Below are positions 36,554-45,988 of a stretch of 64,000 nucleotides of DNA, piece after piece. Source of the stretch: a virus (taxonomy: Duplodnaviria; Caudoviricetes); the IMG/VR virus record IMGVR_UViG_3300038443_002533, positions 32,001 to 96,000 of that record. One strand, given 5' to 3'. The notes beneath the pieces were generated by a model. The model was not told the origin of the DNA. It saw only the letters and a list, made by a program, of their open reading frames with translations, and searched no databases. Positions within the stretch are counted from its first letter, which is position 1; every line of letters begins with the position of its first letter. The position numbers and the translations under genes were made by a program.

Positions 36554-37423
36554 ATGGCGATAGAATACCAAACACAGGTGGCCAACAGCGCTGACCACCG
36601 GACCTTGGGTGTGCTCCCCTTGTCCGTCCCAACAGCGTTGGCGATCGAGCGCTTGTGTGGAATTCATCCGGATTTCCCGAACGAGTTTCACCAACCGCCG
36701 GTCAAAGCTTACAAAGAACTGTGGGTGAACCTGCGCACGCTGTACCGTAATTGCCTCGGTTCGATGTCGAAAGATATCGCGGACCGCATCTCATCCACGG
36801 AAATCGCTCAGATCGTGTATGAAGAGATGGCGATCATCCCGGACATGCTCCAGCACCATGTGGGCTACCCCGTCAAGGTCACGTATTACTTTAGCAAACT
36901 TAACCAATTGGAGCGCAAATACCCAGAAGCCGAACTACGGAAAGACAGCACCCCGAAACAACACCACAACCACCAGCGCTTGCTGGAGGTCATGAAAATC
37001 CTGGTGGCGGAGTGTCGCGACCAGTTTTTGGTGTTCGACGATCTGCCCCCAGGGGTCGCTGTCAAAACATTAATTTTAACGCACGTCGCTTATGATCTGT
37101 TGGCCGAAAAACATTTCGGTGAGTTGCACCTGATCGAGTCGCACACGGGTAAGATAAAGAACCGCGCCTTGTGGTACACCAAAATGTACGAAGGTAAGCT
37201 CTTGGCCCAGATTCCCTTTACGGAAGAACTGCTGCAAATCTTTGGTGATCTTGAAACCTTCTCCCCCCTGGATCACCGGATGCGCAAAGCGATTTTGCAA
37301 ATCGCGGAGAAACGTAACTGGAATGCCATGACCACCCGCGCTCGTATCTTGGACAATCTCAACGAATTGCCCAATCCAGCACATCTGCTCAAAGTCAAGA
37401 AAATTTTCAAGGTACTCATCTAA
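36554..37423 (+). CDS. Conserved phiKZ-like protein (gp66-like), possibly a 5-prime nuclease/PIN-like fold
   Basis: 289 aa; AGGAGG RBS; the fold is a low-confidence guess. Confidence 0.6.
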   Translation: MAIEYQTQVANSADHRTLGVLPLSVPTALAIERLCGIHPDFPNEFHQPPVKAYKELWVNLRTLYRNCLGSMSKDIADRISSTEIAQIVYEEMAIIPDMLQHHVGYPVKVTYYFSKLNQLERKYPEAELRKDSTPKQHHNHQRLLEVMKILVAECRDQFLVFDDLPPGVAVKTLILTHVAYDLLAEKHFGELHLIESHTGKIKNRALWYTKMYEGKLLAQIPFTEELLQIFGDLETFSPLDHRMRKAILQIAEKRNWNAMTTRARILDNLNELPNPAHLLKVKKIFKVLI

Positions 37424-37496
37424 AACGTAATGGAAAAATATCCATATACGCTATTGAATGTAGACCGCAACCCCTACCTCTTTTTAGGATGACAAC

Positions 37497-38285
37497 ATGG
37501 CTTATAACAACCAAGAGAAGGACAACCGTCCTGCCGCCCCCTTCGATCTGTTCGTGATGACGCTGTGGGCGCCGTCGACGGCTCCGGGCAAACGCGCAAT
37601 GTTCAAGGTCGAAGTCGACGCTGCTGGCCGCGTGACGTTCATGGTGCGTACGGGCGACCCGGCCGACAAAGAGAAAGCCAAAGACGGCGACGTCATCCGC
37701 ATGAAGCTGAACTTCTGGGATTTCGAGAAGGTCGTCAACCTGTTCGGCGACGTGGTGCGTGCCAAGGGCGAGATGAAGGTGGCGGTGGTCGAACAACAGT
37801 TCTTCCGCTTCAACAAGGAAACCAAACAACGCGAGCGTGTCGATACGCCGCGCGATGGCAACAAGCTGTTCTTCGTCAAGGATTCGGAAGGCAAGATCGC
37901 CGTCTCGCTGGTCCAGTACAACCGTCCGCAGATCGAATTCGGCTTCCTGGCCGAGCGTCCGGAATTCGTGTTCGCGCACGCCGACGGCACCAAGTTCAGC
38001 GATGCCGAGATGAGCCAATCGGGCGCCCGCGCCTACCACAAGCTGCTGGGCGAACTGCAATCGCGCATCCAATCCTCGCTGATCCGCCAACACCAGGTGC
38101 CGGACCAGTACAAACCGCCGTACGTGCCGCAGCAACAAGGTGGCGGCGGTAACGGCTACCAGAACCAAAACCGCGGTGGCGGCCAGGGCGGCGGTAGCGG
38201 TTACAACAACGGTGGCGGTCAAGCACGTCCGCAGCAAGCCGCGGTCGTGGCCGTCGATGACATGGACGACGATATCCCGTATTGA
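37497..38285 (+). CDS. Probable ChmC-type nucleus-associated nucleic-acid-binding protein (gp67-like) with SSB-like acidic tip
   Basis: Beta-rich core, G/N/Q-rich disordered tail, ends DDMDDDIPY; directly upstream of the gp68-like gene. Confidence 0.6.
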   Translation: MAYNNQEKDNRPAAPFDLFVMTLWAPSTAPGKRAMFKVEVDAAGRVTFMVRTGDPADKEKAKDGDVIRMKLNFWDFEKVVNLFGDVVRAKGEMKVAVVEQQFFRFNKETKQRERVDTPRDGNKLFFVKDSEGKIAVSLVQYNRPQIEFGFLAERPEFVFAHADGTKFSDAEMSQSGARAYHKLLGELQSRIQSSLIRQHQVPDQYKPPYVPQQQGGGGNGYQNQNRGGGQGGGSGYNNGGGQARPQQAAVVAVDDMDDDIPY

Positions 38286-38301
38286 TGTGATCTAATTAGT
38301 A

Positions 38302-38333
38302 CCGCGCGGCTTTCGGGCCGCGTGGGCTATGCC
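38302..38333 (+). terminator. Hairpin + CTATGCC
   Basis: CGCGGC-TTTCGG-GCCGCG then GGCTATGCC. Confidence 0.6.
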
Positions 38334-38345
38334 TTCATGGGGCCC

Positions 38346-38369
38346 TAAAAGAATTGAAGCATATATAAC
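38346..38369 (+). promoter_or_regulatory. Early-type promoter
   Basis: TAAAAGAATT-N6-TATATAAC followed by TAAACT, as at chmA. Confidence 0.65.
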
Positions 38370-38430
38370 TAAACTGCATAACTAAGAATAGTGGTGCCCA
38401 GGATATCACCCATCAATAAGGAGTTCAACC

Positions 38431-40119
38431 GTGCGATTTCGAAAAGAGTATGCGCCGAAATCCTCCACAATCGTCATCGAACATGCTGGCCAAGAGCTGG
38501 TGTGGGATGTGAAGATTCTGGAACGCAGCAACAAAAAACCGCAGCGTGGGAAAGCGGAAGAGGATGACGGCATCGAGCGTTTGCCGTTTGATCCGTTCTT
38601 CCACGTCAACCAGTACCTCAACCAACTCCCCTTACAAAAACAAAACGATCTCTTCGAAGCCTATCGCAACATCCGCGAGATCTTGGAACCGTATGCGCAT
38701 GATTCGATCAAGGATCTGCGTAAGCGCATTCCGCCGTACCTGCAAAAGATCTTCCTGATCTGCCCGCCGGACGACGTGGCCAAGTGGGTGCACCTGACCC
38801 CGACCATCGTGTTCCCCAACGGCATCAGAGTGTACGACACGTACGAAGAATCGGCCGAACATGGCGAAGGCTTTGGCCTCCGCAACCGTCCCGCTGACGC
38901 CACCTACATCAAGGGGGATTACTGGGGCTTGGTGGTGCTGGTGATGTTGGCACGGTTGTTGGTGCCAGTTTGGGGCCAGTTCCTGGAAAACATCAACGAA
39001 GAAGTCAACAATCAGTTCAAGGAGATCTACGCGCTGCGTCTGGCCTCGAACACGGCGTTGACCATGACCGACGGCTACGCCCGCCTCGAAGCATACATCG
39101 GTCGGTATCTGACGCCGGAGAAATTCAAGAACTCGGCCATGGAAGGTTCGGTACCGCGTGAAGATGCACCGTTCCAAACCTTGGCGATCTTGATCGTGCG
39201 GCGTTTGGCCTGGGTGGACTTCTCCGGTAGCGATCCGAGCTTCTCGCTGATTGGTCGGGTCTACTCGTTCATCGAGCAGCATCTGGAAGGTGCCGATCGT
39301 CAGTTCAACGAACGGGTCAAACCGAAGATCCCGGAAAGCGGTGCTGGCGGGAGCGACCAAGAAAACCGGGCCTCGGTGTCGGAACTGATCAAGATCCGCG
39401 AACCGTATTCGGCCGGCGACTTAACCTTGCCGGAAGCCTGTGCCCGCAGCCCCGAGATGTTCTTGCCGCGTATGCATCCCGAGATGGATGAAACCTGGTT
39501 GCAACTCGGCCTCAAAGCCGTGGAACCGCTCAAGCGTCATCGGCCGCAGCAAGTCCAGTTTACCATCCTGCAAAACGTTCTGGGCGCCGAATGCCGGCAA
39601 CTCGATGGCCAGTGGGAAGTCGATCCCAAGTTCCGTGAACGCTGGGATGCATTGTTCCCGCCACGCGCTATCGACGAGATGAATCTGGTGGAAGACTTGA
39701 ACATGATGGCAGTCGGTACCGCGTTGCTGTGCTACAACGGCTTCTACGATATCGCTGCGATCATGACCGGCACCCCGGCCAAAGACCGTGAAGGCAATCC
39801 CCTGGGCAGCAGCCCACCCCCTGCTGAACTGACGGACGCCAACCTGGCGGCACTCGCCGCACAATTCCCTTACACCCAACGCAAGGAAGGAAAACGCCGC
39901 ACCGACAACCCGACCAGCCCCAAGCTGCCGAATGTCGCGGTGCGTTTGATCAATAACATCACCCAAGACGTGGCAAAATACCAGTGGCTCTTGAATCTCC
40001 CGCCGCAGTGGCTCAAACAACTGCCGGGACATGATGGTAGCCGCCGCTATGTTGTCAAGCCCGATTTTCGCAACCGCTTTGCGGAACTCGCAACCCGCAT
40101 CGCTACCCGTGCTCTTTAA
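38431..40119 (+). CDS. nvRNAP promoter-specificity subunit (phiKZ gp68-like)
   Basis: 562 aa; AAGGAG RBS and GTG start; position in the nvRNAP block; DYWGLVVLVMLARLLVPVWGQF helix. Confidence 0.7.
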   Translation: MRFRKEYAPKSSTIVIEHAGQELVWDVKILERSNKKPQRGKAEEDDGIERLPFDPFFHVNQYLNQLPLQKQNDLFEAYRNIREILEPYAHDSIKDLRKRIPPYLQKIFLICPPDDVAKWVHLTPTIVFPNGIRVYDTYEESAEHGEGFGLRNRPADATYIKGDYWGLVVLVMLARLLVPVWGQFLENINEEVNNQFKEIYALRLASNTALTMTDGYARLEAYIGRYLTPEKFKNSAMEGSVPREDAPFQTLAILIVRRLAWVDFSGSDPSFSLIGRVYSFIEQHLEGADRQFNERVKPKIPESGAGGSDQENRASVSELIKIREPYSAGDLTLPEACARSPEMFLPRMHPEMDETWLQLGLKAVEPLKRHRPQQVQFTILQNVLGAECRQLDGQWEVDPKFRERWDALFPPRAIDEMNLVEDLNMMAVGTALLCYNGFYDIAAIMTGTPAKDREGNPLGSSPPPAELTDANLAALAAQFPYTQRKEGKRRTDNPTSPKLPNVAVRLINNITQDVAKYQWLLNLPPQWLKQLPGHDGSRRYVVKPDFRNRFAELATRIATRAL

Positions 40120-40142
40120 TAGATCGACCAGGAGATTTCACC

Positions 40143-41807
40143 ATGTCGTACAACGATCCGTACAACCACCAGCCGTTCAACCCGCATCAAGCCTACAGCG
40201 ATCCGCTCGAACAACGCATCCAGCCGACCTTCCCCTCGAAGGCCACGCAGATTCAAGTGGAAGAACTGATGGTGGTTCCAACGGGCACGTACCAGCCGCA
40301 ATTCCGCCGTCCGTTCATCACCGACCTGAACAACGGCAACATGCAGCAAGTGCATGACGTGGTCAGCCACGCTTACCGGGAATTCCGCCAACGCCAGGAA
40401 TTCGGCGCGATTGACCCGATGGCACACTACCAAGTCAATCCGATGGATCTGGCGCCGGTGTCGGCCAACTTCATCGCACCGTCGTCCTGGCAAGAAGCGC
40501 CGGCGCGGCTGAACCTGGCTGCCGGCCTGCACATGCAAACCGCACGCTTCCTCCTGCGTATCGCGGTGTATCGCCATGGCGCGGTGGAACCGCAGCGCTT
40601 CCTCATGACGGGTTACACCAACTTCATGGGGATCATCCAAAAGCAGATGCGTGCTGGCCTGAACAACAGCGACTTCACGCTCGATCCGCAGATGGAACTC
40701 ACCATCAACTCGGTGATGGAAGTGGTGAAGGGTACCGTGAACGGTCCGTATGGGCCGGAAACGACCTGGCACATGGTGAGCGTGCACCAGGTGCTGTTCG
40801 ACACCAACTTCCAGAACGTGGACAACCCGGCGGTGATCCGTATGCGGCCGTACGAAGTGGCAGCGACGCTGTCGCGCATGAACGATCCGGCCCTGAGCAA
40901 GCGCGGTATCAGCACCACCGATACCCGCAACATCCAGACCGGCTCGCCAGTGTTTTCGGATATTCATAACCTCAATCCGAATAACTACATGGCCACGATC
41001 ATCGGCGGCTTGACCACCGGGCGGGATATCGCAGCCAAGTCGGGCGGTAACTCGCTGCTGGAACCGTACACCCAAGCCACGCGGATCGTGCGCGATCCGT
41101 CCACCCAGGACGATCCGTTCCTGAAAGCGTTGGCCTCGTTCGGTAGCGGGTTGGTGTCGCCGACCTTCAAGTTCCGTGACCTGCTGATGCTCGATCCGAA
41201 CGCCGAAAGTGACCAGGTGCTGAAGATCAACCTGCGTGACTACAACGCGTACAAGAATCGCCGTGGTGAAAACATGGCGGTCGGGGAAGACACCTCGGCT
41301 TGGCATGGTCAGGATCTTCAGACCCAGTGGGCGGTGCAGATCAACAACATCCTGTCGCCGCTGATGATGGATCTGGGCCTGCGTCGCCTCGATCTGTTCG
41401 CGTCGAACCTGCACGGTGAAACCATCTGTCGCGCCACCAACGGGCTGCCATTCATGCCGGGTGTGAATCCGGTGCCGCAACTCGAATCACTGAGCCATTT
41501 GTTCTACGAACAGTTCGTGCGTCCGGTGACCGGTGATGGCCGCTGGCATGGTTACAGTATCGACATCGCGGCCGATCTGTATGGCGATATCGTCACCAAC
41601 CTCACCATCGACGACAAGCCCCTGCGTCCGTATGTGTACCCGGCCTTCATGTCGGCGGGTATGCCACCGGTGCTGACCTCGCAACCCGACACGCTCGACC
41701 AGGTCGCGACCCAGTTCTACAATCTGCAACAGGCCGTCACCCCGGCGATCGACCCGCTGATTACGGACCTGGCATACCAAGCCACGCCGTCGGGCACCCG
41801 CTACTAA
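40143..41807 (+). CDS. Probable PicA/Imp1 nuclear-import factor (phiKZ gp69-like)
   Basis: 554 aa; follows the gp68-like gene; assigned by synteny only. Confidence 0.55.
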   Translation: MSYNDPYNHQPFNPHQAYSDPLEQRIQPTFPSKATQIQVEELMVVPTGTYQPQFRRPFITDLNNGNMQQVHDVVSHAYREFRQRQEFGAIDPMAHYQVNPMDLAPVSANFIAPSSWQEAPARLNLAAGLHMQTARFLLRIAVYRHGAVEPQRFLMTGYTNFMGIIQKQMRAGLNNSDFTLDPQMELTINSVMEVVKGTVNGPYGPETTWHMVSVHQVLFDTNFQNVDNPAVIRMRPYEVAATLSRMNDPALSKRGISTTDTRNIQTGSPVFSDIHNLNPNNYMATIIGGLTTGRDIAAKSGGNSLLEPYTQATRIVRDPSTQDDPFLKALASFGSGLVSPTFKFRDLLMLDPNAESDQVLKINLRDYNAYKNRRGENMAVGEDTSAWHGQDLQTQWAVQINNILSPLMMDLGLRRLDLFASNLHGETICRATNGLPFMPGVNPVPQLESLSHLFYEQFVRPVTGDGRWHGYSIDIAADLYGDIVTNLTIDDKPLRPYVYPAFMSAGMPPVLTSQPDTLDQVATQFYNLQQAVTPAIDPLITDLAYQATPSGTRY

Positions 41808-41861
41808 ATTCACCAAGGCCCTGGGGTAACCTAGGGCCGCTTATAAGAAAAGGGAAACAAC

Positions 41862-43184
41862 ATGAGTGACAAACATGACATGTTCGATGTCTACCGTTCG
41901 CTGCTGAAGCTGGCGCGGATGGAAACCACCGTCGAAGGCTTCGTGCGGATGGAGATCGAGCCGGGGGAATACATCCCTGTCACCGCCAAGGACCGCAAGC
42001 TGGTGGTACTGCCGCTGGATGAACGGCTGCGTGACATCAAAGTCAGTGACTACGAAGTCTTCCACCTGCTGCGTGAAAACGGCCCGAAGGATTCCGACCT
42101 GCTGTCGCGCTATCGCCACTGGCTGATCAACCGCTTCAACCTGGTGATCGGCGGCCTGGGCACGGTGATCCTGAAGTTCGTCGCCGACAAGGAAATCACC
42201 AAGCGCCTGTCGCCGCATCAGAAAGACTTCCTGGAAATGGTGGTGGATGTCGACAAAGGTTCGCTCGATCGCTGGAACGCCCTGGCCGAAGTGGCAGCCA
42301 AGCCGAACCAAATTCAACAAGTCTTCGTCTCGCTGTACCTGCGCCAAGCGGCAGTGCTGAAGGGTCAAAGCTACCACCGCGTGGCCACGGTCAACTTCCC
42401 GTTCTACGATGAGCTGGTGAAACTGGACGCTGAAGCGCAGGAATACAAGACCGCCCCGAAGACCAAGAAGCCGCCCAAGCCGTCCGATGAAATCTTCGGG
42501 TGCGAAGTCAAGGTCAAGGATCGTGAACCGTTCCTCGGCCTGATGCGCTACCTGGTCCCGAGCCTGGATCTCCCGCATCAGTACGATGTCGGTTCCAACT
42601 CGCCGATCAGCCCGAGCCTGGACGCCATGATGCGCGCATGGTTGCCGCTCGCCAGCCACCTGAATGCGATCATCGAACGGCTCACCAAGGTGGACCCGGA
42701 AGCGGATCGGATCCTGGATGGCCTGATGCTGGATCTGAGCTGGGCGCCGGCGTTCGAAAACCTCGACGCCATGTGGCACCAAATCCGTTCGATCCCGCTG
42801 CAAGCCACGGGCGTCATCAACGAACCGCCACCGGAAGCGCTCGACCCGCGTAAGCGTGTTCAAGCACAGCCTGCGGCGCCCGTCACGGCCAGCTACCCGG
42901 CCAACAGCGCACCGTGGGATCCGCAACCGGCACCGGCCTACCAGCCGGCACCGAGCTACGGCGTGCCGTATGGCGGCCAACCGGCACCGAGTGGCGGCAG
43001 TGGTCAGATGTCGGTGAATGACCTGAACCGCATGCTGGGTGGTGGTCGTTCGGCTGCACCGTACCAAGCACCGCCGCAGCAAGCGTACTACCCGGGCCAA
43101 CCGGCCTACAGCACCGGCTACTCGCAACCGAGTTATCCGAACAACGGTGGCTACCCGCCCCCGAACGTACCGCGCCGTTATTGA
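41862..43184 (+). CDS. Conserved phiKZ gp70-like protein with P/Y/Q/G-rich disordered C-terminus
   Basis: 440 aa; AAGGGA RBS; synteny. Confidence 0.65.
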   Translation: MSDKHDMFDVYRSLLKLARMETTVEGFVRMEIEPGEYIPVTAKDRKLVVLPLDERLRDIKVSDYEVFHLLRENGPKDSDLLSRYRHWLINRFNLVIGGLGTVILKFVADKEITKRLSPHQKDFLEMVVDVDKGSLDRWNALAEVAAKPNQIQQVFVSLYLRQAAVLKGQSYHRVATVNFPFYDELVKLDAEAQEYKTAPKTKKPPKPSDEIFGCEVKVKDREPFLGLMRYLVPSLDLPHQYDVGSNSPISPSLDAMMRAWLPLASHLNAIIERLTKVDPEADRILDGLMLDLSWAPAFENLDAMWHQIRSIPLQATGVINEPPPEALDPRKRVQAQPAAPVTASYPANSAPWDPQPAPAYQPAPSYGVPYGGQPAPSGGSGQMSVNDLNRMLGGGRSAAPYQAPPQQAYYPGQPAYSTGYSQPSYPNNGGYPPPNVPRRY

Positions 43185-43192
43185 TCGTTAAC

Positions 43193-43242
43193 ACGGCATA
43201 AGACCAACACAACCTTCGCGGGTTGTGTTGGTTTTTCTTATG
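43193..43242. terminator. Bidirectional hairpin with ACGGCATAAG / CTTATG feet
   Basis: ACCAACACAACC-TTCGCG-GGTTGTGTTGGT at a convergent junction. Confidence 0.8.
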
Positions 43243-43291
43243 GGCTGTTCTTTTTTCTCTGTAAGGCATTAAAAAAGATTCATGACATGTA

Positions 43292-43627
43292 TTAGTTGAT
43301 CTTCGGCAGCACTTGGTTCGCTTGCGCGATTTGATCAATCGTGGTGAAGTTCGGCACCAGAATTGCCAACGTATCTTCGGTGAATTGCACCGGCGAGCTA
43401 TACTGGTTCAAACGCAAAATGATCCAGTGGTACTTGCGCGCATACCCACGTCCATCCAACAACCCAAAGAAATCCCCTCGCCACTGATACGCCTCATCCG
43501 GATTGATAATCACCAAGGTACTGTATTGCTCGCGCAGATACGTCATGTGGTCTTCCAACACATTACGAAATGCCGGGTCGTAAAACTTATCTTCCCCCGC
43601 ATCCACCATCAAGTCTGTCAACGCCAT
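43292..43627 (-). CDS. Small conserved phiKZ-like protein, possibly LysM/baseplate gp53-like
   Basis: 111 aa; GAGGTG RBS; GDFFGLL...HWIILRLN pattern. Confidence 0.55.
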   Translation of the reverse strand: MALTDLMVDAGEDKFYDPAFRNVLEDHMTYLREQYSTLVIINPDEAYQWRGDFFGLLDGRGYARKYHWIILRLNQYSSPVQFTEDTLAILVPNFTTIDQIAQANQVLPKIN

Positions 43628-43645
43628 TTCTCACCTCGTATGCAT

Positions 43646-43669
43646 TAAAAAGTTTCAAGCCTATATCAC
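43646..43669 (+). promoter_or_regulatory. Early-type promoter of the nvRNAP beta gene
   Basis: TAAAAAGTTT-N6-TATATCAC followed by TAAA. Confidence 0.7.
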
Positions 43670-43730
43670 TAAATAGTAGGCCACTCGCCTCATAAGTAAC
43701 AAAAACATTATCCATTAACAAAGGATACGT

Positions 43731-45938
43731 ATGGCTTCATGGGATATTAAACCGTCGTACTACGAACCGAACCAACATTTCCCGCAAGGCGAAAGCATCA
43801 TGGCGATCAATGCGTTTAACGCGGCGATCTCGGCTTCTCGTAAACAAATGTATGGTAACAACCTCGGTCAAATCGTGGTCGTGGATGGGATTCAAGAACG
43901 CATCATTCAAACCGGGTTGGACACCGCACTGGCGAAGACCACGTTCGCACAGCGGATGCCGGTCAAAGGGATTGTCCGCGGGGTGTTTCACCGCTATCCC
44001 AAGAAAGTGGGGGTGGAAGAATTCAAGACCAACCCGCCGGAAACCGTGGTGATCTTCGAAGCCACTGAGCAAGACTCGCCGTACGAATACGGCATGGTCA
44101 GCATCACCGACTACAGCACCTACCACCCGTATCTGGGCTTTAGTTACGTGGATCGCGGCATGGGTAAGATCCGCCTGGGGGAAGAGATCGAACGAAACCA
44201 CGTGTTCCGTGACTCGCCCGGGGTCAAGAAAGACATCGACGACCCATCCCCGCACAGCGATTACGCCTTCAGCGTCACGATCAACGTGGCCATGATGGGC
44301 TTGCCCGATGTGGCTGAGGACGGCATCGTGGTGGCGCGCTCGGCGCTGAAGAAGTTTGGCTTCAGCACGTTCGAGCGTCATGTGGTGGAATTCGGCCAAA
44401 ACAAGTTTCCGCTGAACTTGTACGGCGACGATGAGAACTACAAGATCTGCCCGAACATCGGCGAGCGCATCAATCCCGATGGCGTGCTGATGGCCCTGCG
44501 CACTTACCGCGAAGACTTGGCGATTGCTGAGATGAGCGTGAAGGCGTGCCAACGCATCGACTTCATGTTCGATGAAAAGGTCTGCGCGGATGGCGAAGTG
44601 ATCGACATCAAAGTGCACCACGATTACAACACCGGGATCATGGGCACCCCGGTCCAGATGGAGGAACAACCCAAGCGCTACGACAATGGCCGGCGTGAAT
44701 TCTTGAAAGGGATTTATGACTGGTGGCAAAACATCCGCTACCAGCATCGGCCGCGGGAACCGATCCTGCAACCGAAGCTGCACAACCTGATCATCGAAGC
44801 GATCTCGGTGCTGACCCCGCACCATGACAACAACACGGTGGTGAAAGTCCACAAGAAGACCCGGATTGATGATTACCGCATGGAATTCACGATCAAGAAC
44901 AAGATCATCCCCAACATGGGGAACAAGTTCACGGATCTGTTCGGTGGTAAAGGGGTGGTGGTCTCCATCTGGGAAGATGAAGACATGCCGGTGGATGCCG
45001 ATGGCAATCGGGCCGAGATGATCTTCGACCAAGCGGCGGTGAATAACCGCATGATTCCAGGACGCTTGTACGAACACATCATCAATGGTGCCGCGCGTGA
45101 CATGTATAAACAAGTCGTGCGCATCCTCGGCGTGCAAGACCGGCAACGGCGTGCGCCGATGATGCAAGAACTCATGCGCGTGCAGAAGGAACGGCCGCAG
45201 GATTTGTCGCGGGCTTGGGAATATCTGCTCGGGTTCTACGACATCACGGTGCCAAAACAAGCGGCGGTGTTCCGGGAAGGCCGGTACGACTCGACCCCGA
45301 TCTCGCACCTGTCGTATATCCTGTCCAAAGGCTATACGGTGTTGTACATGCGCTCGGACCATGAACTGGAACTGAAGAACATGGTGGCTGACATCCAGCG
45401 TCAGTATCCGCCGACCTTCGGCCCGGTCACGTACCGCACGACCTCGGGGGAATTCGAGACCACGGTCGAACCGATCCGCATCGCACCGTTGTCGATCATC
45501 ATGCTGGAAAAGATCGCGGACAGCTGGTCAGCAGTGGCGTCGGCACGCCGGCAACACGCGGGGGTGCAAGCGACGCTCTCGAATGCTGACAAGTATTCGG
45601 AACGGATCCGCATGCAACCCACCAAGGCCTATGGTGAATCGGAAATCCGTATCGTGATTTCGTACTCGGGTACCCTCACGGCAGCGGAAATCCTCGACCG
45701 CAACAACAGTGTCGAATCGCATAAAGCCATGTGCTGGAGCATCTTCGAGGCCGAGTCGCCAACCCGCATCATCCAGGCGGTGGATCGCAATGTGATTTCG
45801 CTCGATGGTTCGCGCAGTCTGCAAACGGTCAACCACGTGTGGGCCTGTGCGGGTTACGAGATGGCGTGGGAGCCGTATCGTCCGACCCATCCGGCGAATC
45901 TGAACTACTACATCGACAACCAACCAAAAGCCGCGTAA
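43731..45938 (+). CDS. nvRNAP beta C-terminal subunit (phiKZ gp71-73-like), uninterrupted
   Basis: GNKFTDLFGGKGVVVSIWEDEDMP, EDGIVV and NRMIPG motifs. Confidence 0.9.
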   Translation: MASWDIKPSYYEPNQHFPQGESIMAINAFNAAISASRKQMYGNNLGQIVVVDGIQERIIQTGLDTALAKTTFAQRMPVKGIVRGVFHRYPKKVGVEEFKTNPPETVVIFEATEQDSPYEYGMVSITDYSTYHPYLGFSYVDRGMGKIRLGEEIERNHVFRDSPGVKKDIDDPSPHSDYAFSVTINVAMMGLPDVAEDGIVVARSALKKFGFSTFERHVVEFGQNKFPLNLYGDDENYKICPNIGERINPDGVLMALRTYREDLAIAEMSVKACQRIDFMFDEKVCADGEVIDIKVHHDYNTGIMGTPVQMEEQPKRYDNGRREFLKGIYDWWQNIRYQHRPREPILQPKLHNLIIEAISVLTPHHDNNTVVKVHKKTRIDDYRMEFTIKNKIIPNMGNKFTDLFGGKGVVVSIWEDEDMPVDADGNRAEMIFDQAAVNNRMIPGRLYEHIINGAARDMYKQVVRILGVQDRQRRAPMMQELMRVQKERPQDLSRAWEYLLGFYDITVPKQAAVFREGRYDSTPISHLSYILSKGYTVLYMRSDHELELKNMVADIQRQYPPTFGPVTYRTTSGEFETTVEPIRIAPLSIIMLEKIADSWSAVASARRQHAGVQATLSNADKYSERIRMQPTKAYGESEIRIVISYSGTLTAAEILDRNNSVESHKAMCWSIFEAESPTRIIQAVDRNVISLDGSRSLQTVNHVWACAGYEMAWEPYRPTHPANLNYYIDNQPKAA

Positions 45939-45988
45939 TTAACCCGCCTACCCCGCCCCCTCGGGGTAGGTTTCACTTTGATTAACAC

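Noticed and set aside
37497-38285. Calling this gene a host-type ssb
   Set aside because: Only the tail resembles SSB; the core lacks recognisable bacterial SSB OB-fold motifs, and synteny favours the gp67/ChmC family.
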